Under the pieces are notes generated by a model. That model did no database searches. It was not told the DNA's origin and saw only the letters and a program-made list of their open reading frames with translations. 51,468 bases of DNA. Origin: a bacterium. Lineage in GTDB: Bacteria > Patescibacteriota > Minisyncoccia > Minisyncoccales > RBG-13-42-11. This document shows positions 1 through 8,350 of the stretch, piece by piece. The translations under genes were made by a program, and so were the position numbers. The stretch covers positions 1 to 51,468 of the forward strand of contig JAUSLA010000015.1 in the NCBI GenBank assembly GCA_030646565.1, read 5' to 3'. Position 1 is the first letter of the stretch. The number at the start of each line of letters is the position of its first letter.

Positions 1-382
1 ATATTAAACATAAGGGGAAAATGCAATAGCCGTGAATTGTCCTGAAAAATAGCACTTTTTCACGATTATTCGAGTCAAACCTTGATTTTGTCCAGTTTTG
101 TCGCTGTAGTAGACAAAATCGGGACTTTTTGATTAGTTCAGATTTTATGAATATGACACTTTTGTACCAATCGCGAAATGTGACAAAAATCTCCCCAGTT
201 CTCAAATTTCGTCTTACGGCTTGGACCGGGTGCAGAAGGTGGCAAAGTTTGACCCTACCTTATAAATTAGCTATAAAAAGAAGTAGAGCAAAATTATTTA
301 ACTATTAAGATTGAATGCATTGACCGGACGTAGTCAATATAGAGCGTCTGCTTCGGGGAAGAAAAATAAAAAATCATATAAA

Positions 383-1054
383 ATGGAAAAAAAAGAACAA
401 ACAAAAAAAGGCGAAATCGTGATATATGAAGCGTCTAAAGGCGAGGCGCGGGTTGAAGTACACTTGGAAAAAGAAACGGTCTGGCTGGATGCACATCAAA
501 TAGCACTTGTTTTCGGCGTGAATCGGCCGGCTATCGTTAAACATATCAATAATATTTATAGAACCGGAGAGCTGAATAAAAGTTCTACCTGTTCCATTTT
601 GGAACAGGTTGCCGCCGATGGAAAAGTGCGACAGATGAATATTTATAATTTAGATATGATTATATCTGTTGGATACAGGATTAATTCCGGACGCGCCACC
701 CAATTCGCGAGCTTTCTTGAAAATTGTGAGGATATAATTTCTTACGCTAAAAACTATTTTGCGGTGCATTTCAAGATTGATTATAAAAATGCGAGCGGAA
801 GCATTTCAGATTACTACCCGGATTATATTGTGAAAGTATCGCCACAAGAATACTATGTCGTTGAAATCAAAGGGCGTGAGGATATTAACGATGTTGAGAA
901 AATTAAACGGCTTGCTCAATGGTGCGTGGACGTAAACGCGAACCAAAAGAACGTCGTTTACAAAATGCTTTACATTAGACAGGAAGAATGGGAAGCCCAA
1001 CAACAGAAACCTCGCAATTTTCAAGAAGTTGTTCGGAATTGGATTAAAAAATAA
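383..1054 (+). CDS. Chimeric ORF: RhuM/virulence-protein-like N-terminus fused to the PD-(D/E)xK C-terminus of a type III restriction (Res) subunit; possibly a deletion relic
   Basis: N-half GEIVIY..ETVWL..YNLDMIISVGYRINS.RATQF is RhuM-like. C-half FASFLE..YAKNY..FKIDY..YYPDYIV..VVEIKG is Res-like. ATG 383 preferred over TTG 311. Confidence 0.65.
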   Translation: MEKKEQTKKGEIVIYEASKGEARVEVHLEKETVWLDAHQIALVFGVNRPAIVKHINNIYRTGELNKSSTCSILEQVAADGKVRQMNIYNLDMIISVGYRINSGRATQFASFLENCEDIISYAKNYFAVHFKIDYKNASGSISDYYPDYIVKVSPQEYYVVEIKGREDINDVEKIKRLAQWCVDVNANQKNVVYKMLYIRQEEWEAQQQKPRNFQEVVRNWIKK

Positions 1055-1196
1055 ATAAAACGGCGCGCCAGTACGAAAAAATGGGGTCAGGTTTATTTTT
1101 TACCCTGCGCCAGAATCGCTTTCGGCGACACGGTACAGGGGGCCAAAAGTTCTATCACTGGGGAAATGTTGGAATGATTTATGTTAAAATGAAAGT

Positions 1197-1727
1197 ATGA
1201 TTCCGAAAAAAAACAATTTTGCATATATTGACGCCGCCAACCTCCACAAAGGTGTTGCAAGCTTGGGCTGGGTGCTTGACTATAAAAGATTCAGGGTGTG
1301 GCTGTTAGAAAAGTATGAAGTTCGCACTGCTTACTTGTTTATTGGACTCATACCAAAATACAAAGAGCTTTATAAACGCCTGCAAGAATGGGGTTTCACG
1401 CTTGTGTTTAAAGAAGTGGTCTATGATGACGATGGGAAACCAAAGGGAAACTGTGATGCTGATTTGGTGTTGCAGGCAACGCGCGACACTTATGAAAATA
1501 GGTTTGATAACGCAATTATTATTACCAGCGATGGGGATTATTCTGGATTGGTTAAATTTCTTCAGGAACGACATAAATTACTCGGTATATTGTCTCCAAG
1601 GAACAAAGAAAAATGTTCCATTCTTCTTAAGCGAACAGGAGCTAGAATCGCTTATATAAACGATCAACGCTCCCATTTAGAACCCACCCAAAAAGAAAAA
1701 GCCCCCGATGGGGACGGAACCCTATAA
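1197..1727 (+). CDS. NYN-domain (LabA/DUF88, PIN-like fold) putative RNase
   Basis: Motifs AYIDAANL, KGNCDADLVL and IITSDGDY carry the acidic catalytic residues of NYN/LabA proteins. Confidence 0.88.
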   Translation: MIPKKNNFAYIDAANLHKGVASLGWVLDYKRFRVWLLEKYEVRTAYLFIGLIPKYKELYKRLQEWGFTLVFKEVVYDDDGKPKGNCDADLVLQATRDTYENRFDNAIIITSDGDYSGLVKFLQERHKLLGILSPRNKEKCSILLKRTGARIAYINDQRSHLEPTQKEKAPDGDGTL

Positions 1728-1746
1728 GGGTCTTTTTCGTGGTTAT
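1690..1746 (-). ncRNA. Candidate ~55-nt small RNA antisense to the NYN gene 3' end
   Basis: Minus-strand stem GAAAAAGACCC..GGGGCUUUUUC with an inner stem-loop (UUCCGU loop) and a U-tract. It lies downstream of a minus-strand promoter. Confidence 0.45.
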
Positions 1747-1750
1747 GATT

Positions 1751-1780
1751 ATAATATAGCAAACCATATAAACAAGTCAA
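1751..1780 (-). promoter_or_regulatory. Sigma70-type promoter pointing into the NYN gene 3' end
   Basis: TTGACT (1780-1775), then TGnTATATT at 16 nt or TATTAT at 18 nt. No credible minus-strand CDS lies downstream. Confidence 0.5.
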
Positions 1781-1875
1781 TAGTTTATCCACATCCCCCA
1801 AATAAAAAATGAAAATGGTGAAAGTGGTGGTGTCGGGTCTATTTTTAATCCTTCGATAAACTCGGGGCAGGAAAA

Positions 1876-2005
1876 AGTCGAAGAGATAAATCTCTTCTCC
1901 ACCTTCAATTATCTGCGTTCCGTAAAACGGGACTTGTCGGGCGATGAAGTTTCCCCCTTCGGGGTTTCCCTTCATCTTCGTTTTCGTCCCGCTTTGCGGG
2001 ACTCA
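1876..2005 (-). repeat. Two tandem copies of the two-hairpin element (family A)
   Basis: gtcgaagagataaatctcttctccaccttc..cgggacttg and ggcgatgaag..cttcatcttcgttttcgtcccgctttgcgggactc are reverse-orientation copies. Confidence 0.8.
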
Positions 2006-2009
2006 ACAA

Positions 2010-3389
2010 ATGACTCAATCTCAAGCGCTTTCAATACTTAAAACCGGCGCCAGTGTTTTTTTGACCGGCGAACCCGGGTCCGGCAAGACGCATACGGTAA
2101 ATCGCCTTGCGGCATACTTGCGCGAGCAAGGCATTGAGCCGGCGATTACGGCCTCAACTGGCATTGCCGCGACACACATAGGCGGGGTGACAATTCATTC
2201 TTGGGGCGGCATAGGAATTAAAACGAAGTTGGACAAATACTCTCTTAATAAAATTGCGTCAAGTAAACACATCGCAAGTCGCATCAGACGCGCCAAAATC
2301 CTTGTCATAGATGAAGTATCAATGCTTTCTGCCGAAACGCTATCTATGATTGACGCAGTTTGTCGCGAAATCAAGCAGTGTCCGGAGCCGTTCGGCGGAA
2401 TGCAGATAGTCCTTGTCGGCGATTTTTTTCAACTTCCACCGATTATAAGGACGAACGCTGAACACAGCGCGCAAGCTACATTCATTGAAGAATCATCTGC
2501 TCGTTTCGCTTACGATTCACCTGCTTGGGCACGAGCGAAGCCGGTCGTTTGCTACCTTACCGAGCAGTACCGGCAGGACGATTATAATTTTCTTTCCATA
2601 CTCTCGTCAATACGGCGCAACTCTTTTAGCGATAATCAATTACGCTATATTGAAACGCGGAAAATTGAACGCCACTCGGCGCCGGATGGCGCGCCGAAAC
2701 TTTTTTCGCATAATGTTGACGTGGATCGCGTCAACGATGAAATGCTTGCTAAGCTTCCGGGCGAGCCGCAAACCTTTGATATGTTTTCGCGAGGTCCGGA
2801 GGCGCTTATTACCGCGCTTAAAAAGGGTTGCCTTTCGCCAGAGACACTTGAACTTAAAATCGGCGCGGCGGTGATGTTTACAAAAAATAATCCAAAGAAA
2901 GGATTCGCGAACGGCACGCTCGGTAAAATTGATGGATTTGATAAAGAAAGCTGCTATCCAATGGTAAAAATGCGAAGCGGGAGAAGAATTGAAGTTGAGC
3001 CGATGGATTGGACGGTGGAAGAGAACGGCAAGATACGCGGTAAAATTACACAACTGCCGCTCCGTCTTGCTTGGGCGATTACGATACATAAAAGCCAGGG
3101 AATGAGCCTGGACGAGGCGGTAATGGATCTCTCGCAAGTCTTTGAATTCGGGCAGGGCTATGTCGCTCTCTCGCGCGTCAGGCGGCTTTCGGGCCTGCAT
3201 CTTCTTGGCTGGAACGAGCGCGCGTTTCAGGTGCATCCGGAAGTATCGGCAAAAGATGAATCATTCCTTGCGGCATCAAAAAAAGTTGAAATAGAATTTG
3301 CCAAAATCCCGTCCGCTGAACTTATAAAAATGCACAGAAATTTCATCACTGCCTGCCAAAGACTTGGCAACGGAGGGGGGCGTCGCTAA
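2010..3389 (+). CDS. Pif1-family SF1B DNA helicase
   Basis: GEPGSGKT, ASTGIAA, IDEVSM, GDFFQLPP, LAWAITIHKSQGMS and YVALSR motifs. The upstream 22 codons of the ORF track are repeat-derived. Confidence 0.92.
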   Translation: MTQSQALSILKTGASVFLTGEPGSGKTHTVNRLAAYLREQGIEPAITASTGIAATHIGGVTIHSWGGIGIKTKLDKYSLNKIASSKHIASRIRRAKILVIDEVSMLSAETLSMIDAVCREIKQCPEPFGGMQIVLVGDFFQLPPIIRTNAEHSAQATFIEESSARFAYDSPAWARAKPVVCYLTEQYRQDDYNFLSILSSIRRNSFSDNQLRYIETRKIERHSAPDGAPKLFSHNVDVDRVNDEMLAKLPGEPQTFDMFSRGPEALITALKKGCLSPETLELKIGAAVMFTKNNPKKGFANGTLGKIDGFDKESCYPMVKMRSGRRIEVEPMDWTVEENGKIRGKITQLPLRLAWAITIHKSQGMSLDEAVMDLSQVFEFGQGYVALSRVRRLSGLHLLGWNERAFQVHPEVSAKDESFLAASKKVEIEFAKIPSAELIKMHRNFITACQRLGNGGGRR

Positions 3390-3390
3390 T

Positions 3391-4095
3391 TTAAGACCCG
3401 TTCTTAAATTTTAGCATTCTGAAAAATTCGGCATATCTATATCCCTTCTTTTTTCCTGCAATTTTAGACCATGCCCTTACTTTATTTTCAATTGCTTTTA
3501 AATCAGCTATCTGGCTTGAATGTTGAGATAAGGCCTCTATTTTCTTATCAATAGTTTGAGTAATATCAATAAATTTATTCGGTTTTTCGGTGGCGAAAAA
3601 CCAAATTTCTTTTATTTGGTGCGGCTGATATCCTTGTTTTAAAAGTTCGGGAAAAAAAGAGGCGGAGCCGGCGGCTGGATATATTGAATCAAAAACCGCT
3701 TCCGCTGTTTGGCGATGATCCCGATGAAAACGATGAGGATTATCAAAGCTATGGTTAGCGGGATCAAAACTCAAAATTATCTCCGGTTTTACTTTTCTGA
3801 TTATCTGAACTATTTTTTTTCTCAGAAATTGAGTGTTTTCAATTTCTCCGTCTTTCAATCCCAAAAAGAAGACATTATTTACCCCCAAGACATTGGCCGC
3901 TCTTTTTTGTTCTGTTTGCCTAATTTTTGCTAATTTTTTTGAAGAAAATTTAACTTTATGGCTGCCCTTTGACCCATCACTAATAATCAAATAAAATACC
4001 TCGTTATTTTCTTGAGCCATCTTTGAAATTGTGCCGGCGCAGGTGAAATCTAAATCATCGGGATGGGCTGAAATTGCTAAAAATTTATTTTTCAT
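3391..4095 (-). CDS. PIG-L/LmbE family deacetylase
   Basis: AHPDD and HRDH motifs. Start MKNKFLAISAH at 4095 overlaps the iscU end. Confidence 0.88.
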   Translation of the reverse strand: MKNKFLAISAHPDDLDFTCAGTISKMAQENNEVFYLIISDGSKGSHKVKFSSKKLAKIRQTEQKRAANVLGVNNVFFLGLKDGEIENTQFLRKKIVQIIRKVKPEIILSFDPANHSFDNPHRFHRDHRQTAEAVFDSIYPAAGSASFFPELLKQGYQPHQIKEIWFFATEKPNKFIDITQTIDKKIEALSQHSSQIADLKAIENKVRAWSKIAGKKKGYRYAEFFRMLKFKNGS

Positions 4096-4597
4096 ATTCT
4101 TTGTGCAGCTCTTCTTCAACTTTAAAGAGGCCTCCGTGGTGCTTTTTAAGCTCCTCTCCTATCTTTTCTGCAGCTTCATGCCTCTCTTCCAATTCTTTTG
4201 AAATAGGTCTGCCTATTTTTTTGAAATAATCATATATTGCTTCAGCCAAAGCATCCACGGCCAAAAGCGAGCAGTGAATTTTTATAAATGGCACTCCGCC
4301 AAATTTTTTAACCAAGTCGTCTTTTTTAATTTTCATTGCTTCTTCTATGGTTTTTCCCTTAACCATAGTAGTCAACAAGCTCGTATTGGCAATCGCAACA
4401 GTACAGCCATACGTCTCAAATTTAATATCATTGATTATCTCCTTTCCCTTTTTATCTTTTGCAACTTTGATATAAAGATACATAATATCTCCGCACCTCA
4501 AATTGCCGACTTTTCCTATTCCATCGGCATTTTTAATCTTTCCGACATTCTGGGGCTTCCTAAAATGTTTCATTACTTCTTTTGAATATAAGTCCAT
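4085..4597 (-). CDS. iscU: Fe-S cluster scaffold, IscU/NifU N-terminal family
   Basis: YS..VM.HF..PQNVG, CGD, FETYGC and KIHCS motifs. Confidence 0.92.
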   Translation of the reverse strand: MDLYSKEVMKHFRKPQNVGKIKNADGIGKVGNLRCGDIMYLYIKVAKDKKGKEIINDIKFETYGCTVAIANTSLLTTMVKGKTIEEAMKIKKDDLVKKFGGVPFIKIHCSLLAVDALAEAIYDYFKKIGRPISKELEERHEAAEKIGEELKKHHGGLFKVEEELHKEYEK

Positions 4598-4632
4598 AAC
4601 TAAGCTTCCGCAAGAAGCGAATATGTTGATTA

Positions 4633-5880
4633 TTAAGCTTTAAACGGTGAAATTTTTCTTAAATTTTTAATTATTCCCGGTAAAACCTTAAGAACGTAGT
4701 TTATTTCCTTTTCGGTCGTCCATTTACCCAAACTTAGCCGTAAAGAACCGTGAGCTTGCTCGTGCTTTAAACCAATCGCCAATAAAACATGGCTTGGCTC
4801 CAATTTAATGGAAGAACAGGCGGAACCCGTTGAGCCAGCCACGCCCAATAAATCCAGCTGAATTATTATCGATTCTCCCTCAATAAATTCAAACCAGAAA
4901 TTCGCATTGTTTGGCAGCCGCATTTTAGGATGGCCATTAAGATGAGAATTCGGCACTCGTGTCAAAATTCCCCTAATTAACTTATCTCTTAATTTTTGCA
5001 ATCTTTCTGCTTCCTTTTTTATTTCTTTTTTGGAAATTCTGCAGGCCTCGGCAAAACCTAAAATCGCAGCCACATTTACAGTAGAAGACCTTAAGCCAGA
5101 TTCCTGGCCGCCACCATGCAAAATAGGCTCAATTTTTGTTCCTTTTCTGATATACAGCAATCCTGCTCCTTTGGGACCATACATTTTATGGGAACTGGCT
5201 GTCAGTAAATCAATATTCATTAAATTTACATCAATGGGAATTTTCCCTAAGCTTTGAGAGCTGTCGGTATGAAAATACACTCCTTTTTCTTTGCAGATTT
5301 TCCCAATTTCTACAATCGGTTGAATTGTTCCAATTTCATTTGAGGCATGAATTATAGATACCAAAATCGTTTCTTTTTTAATTGCTTTATTAATATCTTC
5401 GGGGTTAATCCTGCCAAACTTATCCACCGCCATTCTGGTTATTTCAAACCCCTGCGATTCCAGCCATTTAGCTGACTCCATAATGCAAGGATGCTCAATT
5501 TGAGATATGACAATGTGGCGGCCGCCTCCGCTACTGCTTCGGCGAGCCAATGCAATGCCCTTCAATGCTAAATTATTGCTTTCTGTGGCCGAGCCGGTAA
5601 AAATTATTTCTTCGAGTTTTGCCCCTATGAAATTGGCAACCTCTTCCCTGCTCTCTTCTAAGTCCGCCTTAGCTTCTTGGCCAAAGCTATGAAGGGACAT
5701 TGTGTTGCCGAATTTTTTGGAAAAATAAGGCATCATTCTTTTAAGAACGCGCGGATCAACCGGAGTTGTGGCCGCGTAATCTAAATATACCCCCACACCA
5801 AACAAAAACCGCCTTTCTCGATTAAAATACCTTTGGTTTTCTGTCCTTGTTGTGGTGTGGGGGTATATTCTTTTTTGCAT
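4633..5880 (-). CDS. iscS: Cysteine desulfurase with two in-frame insertions
   Basis: YLDYAATTP, SSHKMYGPKG.G (PLP lysine) and GSACSS motifs. A 26-aa insert follows MQKRIY. Confidence 0.95.
   Translation of the reverse strand: MQKRIYPHTTTRTENQRYFNRERRFLFGVGVYLDYAATTPVDPRVLKRMMPYFSKKFGNTMSLHSFGQEAKADLEESREEVANFIGAKLEEIIFTGSATESNNLALKGIALARRSSSGGGRHIVISQIEHPCIMESAKWLESQGFEITRMAVDKFGRINPEDINKAIKKETILVSIIHASNEIGTIQPIVEIGKICKEKGVYFHTDSSQSLGKIPIDVNLMNIDLLTASSHKMYGPKGAGLLYIRKGTKIEPILHGGGQESGLRSSTVNVAAILGFAEACRISKKEIKKEAERLQKLRDKLIRGILTRVPNSHLNGHPKMRLPNNANFWFEFIEGESIIIQLDLLGVAGSTGSACSSIKLEPSHVLLAIGLKHEQAHGSLRLSLGKWTTEKEINYVLKVLPGIIKNLRKISPFKA
5522..5546 (-). repeat. Short palindromic in-frame insert in iscS (CGCCGAAGC..GCG.AGGCGG type)
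   Basis: Minus strand CTCGCCGAAGCAGTAGCGGAGGCGG encodes RRSSSGGG; similar to the insert in leuS at 46205-46237. Confidence 0.55.
5790..5863. mobile_element. 74-bp MITE, in-frame in iscS
   Basis: Perfect 11-bp TIR CCCCCACACCA/TGGTGTGGGGG with TATA on both sides (5786-5789, 5864-5867). Removing 78 bp restores MQKRIYLDYAATTP. Confidence 0.88.
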
Positions 5881-5894
5881 AATTTCTTTCCATT

Positions 5895-5921
5895 TCTGCT
5901 CGGGATAACTTCCCGAGCAGA
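5895..5921. repeat. Perfect hairpin between rrf2 and iscS
   Basis: TCTGCTCGGGA-TAACT-TCCCGAGCAGA, an 11-bp stem. Confidence 0.6.
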
Positions 5922-5923
5922 TT

Positions 5924-6328
5924 TTATTTGATAAGGTCGGCTAAAGTAATTGAGTTTAAGGTTGAATTAATGGAATCCTGGATTTTTCTCCAAAGATTTT
6001 TAGCCAAACATTTTCTTGCCCTTATACAATGGAATTTTTTATCAGCTCCAATACATTTCACTAAAAAAGTGTCTCCCTCCAATACCTTAAGAATTTCGGA
6101 GATTTTAATTTTTTTTGGATGTTTTGCCAGAAAATATCCGCCAAGAACGCCTTTTCTGGCTTTAACCAAACCTGTTTTTTCCAGCCTTGAAAGAATCTTT
6201 TCCAGATAATCAAAAGATATTCCTTCTTTTTTTGATATCGTTCTTAAGGAATTTATTTTTTCTTTGGATATAGCCAGATAAACTAATGCCCGTAATCCAT
6301 ATTGAGATTTCGTGGAAATTTTTAGCAT
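5924..6328 (-). CDS. Rrf2-family regulator (IscR-like)
   Basis: STKSQYGLRAL, YLEKIL..L, KGVLGGY.L and three C-terminal Cys. Heads the iscS-iscU operon. Confidence 0.92.
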   Translation of the reverse strand: MLKISTKSQYGLRALVYLAISKEKINSLRTISKKEGISFDYLEKILSRLEKTGLVKARKGVLGGYFLAKHPKKIKISEILKVLEGDTFLVKCIGADKKFHCIRARKCLAKNLWRKIQDSINSTLNSITLADLIK

Positions 6329-6329
6329 A

Positions 6330-6383
6330 AAAGCCGACGATATTTGTCGGCTTTAGTTTATCAATAACAAGATCGGCTGTCAA
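6330..6383 (-). promoter_or_regulatory. isc operon promoter with an overlapping IscR-type operator
   Basis: TTGACA (6383-6378), 17 nt, TAAACT (6360-6355) with TGn. The 25-bp palindrome AAAGCCGAC-N7-GTCGGCTTT (6330-6354) resembles the IscR type-1 site. Confidence 0.75.
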
Positions 6384-6386
6384 GTA

Positions 6387-6490
6387 ATGAGTCCCGCAAA
6401 GTCGAAGAACTCTCGTTCTTCTCCACTCTTCGCTATGCTCGAGTGCGGAACGAAAATGAAGATGGGTCCCGCTCTGCTGGACTCATCGCT
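6387..6490 (+). repeat. Family A element with an inverted family-B module (6401-6442) nested in its first hairpin loop
   Basis: gagtcccgcaaa[gtcgaagaac..gttcttctccactcttcgctatgctcga]gtgcggaacgaaaatgaagatg..catcgct. Confidence 0.8.
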
Positions 6491-6495
6491 CCCAT

Positions 6496-7065
6496 CTAAA
6501 TTTCGTACTCTTTTATTCCCCCGGGAGGTATTTCAAAATTCACAATGTCCTCGTCTGATATTTTTTCAATATATTTTGCCAACGCCCTTAAGCTGTTGTG
6601 ACTGGCGACAACTAAAATATTCTTTCCCTGTTTCAAATCTTTTTCTATGTATTCTCTGAAAAACGGCACCACCCTGTTATAAACATCTTCCAAGCTTTCT
6701 CCCTTTGGGGGAGCTATATCCCAGCTTCTCCGCCATAGCCTTACTTGTTCCTCTCCGTATTTTTCTTTCATCTCGTCTTTATTAAGACCCTGTAATTCCC
6801 CATAATTTCTCTCATCTAAAGCCTTATTAATAATGATCGGCAGATCTTTTTTATTAAGATTTTCTAAAATTAAGCGAACTGTTTCTTTATTTCTGATTAA
6901 GGGCGAAGTATAAACTTTATCAATTTCAAAACCAGCCAGTTTTCCGGCAACTTCTTTTGCGCTTTCAATCCCCTCTTTACTCAAGGGAACATCAGTCCAG
7001 CCGGTGAATCGATTCTCTTTATTCCACTGCGACTCAAGATGCCTTAATAAAATTAATCTCGCCAT
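6496..7065 (-). CDS. gpmA: 2,3-BPG-dependent phosphoglycerate mutase
   Basis: LLRH.ES.WNKENRFTGWTDV.L, LDERNYG.LQG, WRRS and SHNSLRAL motifs. Confidence 0.92.
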   Translation of the reverse strand: MARLILLRHLESQWNKENRFTGWTDVPLSKEGIESAKEVAGKLAGFEIDKVYTSPLIRNKETVRLILENLNKKDLPIIINKALDERNYGELQGLNKDEMKEKYGEEQVRLWRRSWDIAPPKGESLEDVYNRVVPFFREYIEKDLKQGKNILVVASHNSLRALAKYIEKISDEDIVNFEIPPGGIKEYEI

Positions 7066-7069
7066 AAAA

Positions 7070-8350
7070 TTATTTTCCTAAGCTATCGACTAACTCTTTT
7101 TCTATTGCCAATAAGCGATTATATTTTGCCATTCTTTCTTTTTGAGTGGGAGCTCCAGCCTTAATAAAATTAGATCCAATACCAACCGCAAAGTCAGCGA
7201 TAAAATCGTCTTTTGTCTCGCCAGATCTATGTGAAACAATAATCTTCCAGCCGTATAATTTGGCTAATTTTGCGGCTGCGATCGCTTCCGAAATAGTTCC
7301 AATCTGATTTGGCTTTATAATTAACGCGTTGCAAATTTTTCTTTGATGAGCAAATTTTATTCTTTCCGGGTTCGTCACCGTTAAGTCATCGCCAACAACT
7401 AATATTTTTAATTTTAGATTTTTAACTTTAGACCTTAAAAACTTCCACCCTTTTACATCCTCTTCGGCAAAAGGATCTTCTATGGCCGTTATCGGATACT
7501 GCTGAAAAATCTCCAGATAAAAACTGAGGAGATCTTTCGAATTCAGAATACTCCCATCAAAATGATATTTTCCCTTTTTAAAAAAGGAATTAGCGGCCGC
7601 ATCAATGATAATTTCCGCCTTGCCCAAAAAACCCACTTTTTCGATCGCTTCCTTTGCTAAACTCAGCGCTTCTTTTGCATTTTTGACGGGAGGAATAAAA
7701 GCGCCTTCCATCCCCTGCTTGCTTCCCAATTGCCCGTATCTTTTTTTTAAAATTTTTCCCAGAGCAGAAAAAACTTTTTTTTCACGGTCAAAGCTTTCTC
7801 TAAAAGATTTTGTCTTGCAAGCAACCATTATCTCTTGGAGAGATAATTTCCCCTTGCCGTGCAACCCGCCTTCCAAAAGCAGAATGCAAGGCCTTGGTAG
7901 GGCTGGTTTTATGCCGGCAATTTTTGAAATCCATTTCCATAGGGGGAATTTTTTAGCTTTGGCTCCGGCTCTGGCAGTCGCTATTGATACTCCTAAAACA
8001 GCGTTTGCCCCCAAGCGGGATTTATTTTTCGTGCCGTCTAACTGAATCAAAGCTTCGTCAACCCTTTTTTGGTCTGATAAGTCTTCCTGTTTCAAAGACG
8101 GCGCGATAATTTTCTCTATATTTTCAATTACTTTTTTAACTCCCCTGCCGTCTTCATCTCTCAATTCTACCGCTTCATATTTTCCCGTAGAAACGCCCGA
8201 AGGCACCGATGCCAAAAATTTTCCAAAATCCGTTTCTAATTCCACCTCCACCGTCGGCATTCCTTTTGAGTCTAAAATTTCCCTGCCTCGTAGTAGAGAA
8301 ATTTTACTGCGGGGCCTGGCTGAAATTTTTTTTATTTTTAAATTATCCAT
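7070..8350 (-). CDS. eno: Enolase with an 11-aa insert near the N-terminus
   Basis: REILDS.G.PTVEV, VPSG.STG..EA.ELRD, IEDP, GDDL, IKPNQIG and SHRSGET motifs. Confidence 0.93.
   Translation of the reverse strand: MDNLKIKKISARPRSKISLLRGREILDSKGMPTVEVELETDFGKFLASVPSGVSTGKYEAVELRDEDGRGVKKVIENIEKIIAPSLKQEDLSDQKRVDEALIQLDGTKNKSRLGANAVLGVSIATARAGAKAKKFPLWKWISKIAGIKPALPRPCILLLEGGLHGKGKLSLQEIMVACKTKSFRESFDREKKVFSALGKILKKRYGQLGSKQGMEGAFIPPVKNAKEALSLAKEAIEKVGFLGKAEIIIDAAANSFFKKGKYHFDGSILNSKDLLSFYLEIFQQYPITAIEDPFAEEDVKGWKFLRSKVKNLKLKILVVGDDLTVTNPERIKFAHQRKICNALIIKPNQIGTISEAIAAAKLAKLYGWKIIVSHRSGETKDDFIADFAVGIGSNFIKAGAPTQKERMAKYNRLLAIEKELVDSLGK
8282..8314 (-). repeat. 33-bp in-frame palindromic insert (family E) in eno
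   Basis: CCCCGCAGTAAAATTTCTCTACTACGAGGCAGG; removal restores SAREILDS. Confidence 0.8.

Noticed and set aside
84..190. Inverted repeat GATTTTGTC/GACAAAATC (84-92/112-120) and related TTTTGT words
   Set aside because: Could be an operator or element end, but the context is cut by the window edge and no function can be supported.
1785..1793. DnaA box TTATCCACA as a sign of oriC
   Set aside because: A single box with no cluster seen and no dnaA/dnaN nearby; at most a regulatory site.
1944..2009. N-terminal extensions in the ORF track for pif1, typA (18236), glyQS (33132), the 39317 ORF, mtnP (42772) and iorA (49386)
   Set aside because: The upstream starts fall inside repeats or the previous gene; family homology begins at the downstream start.
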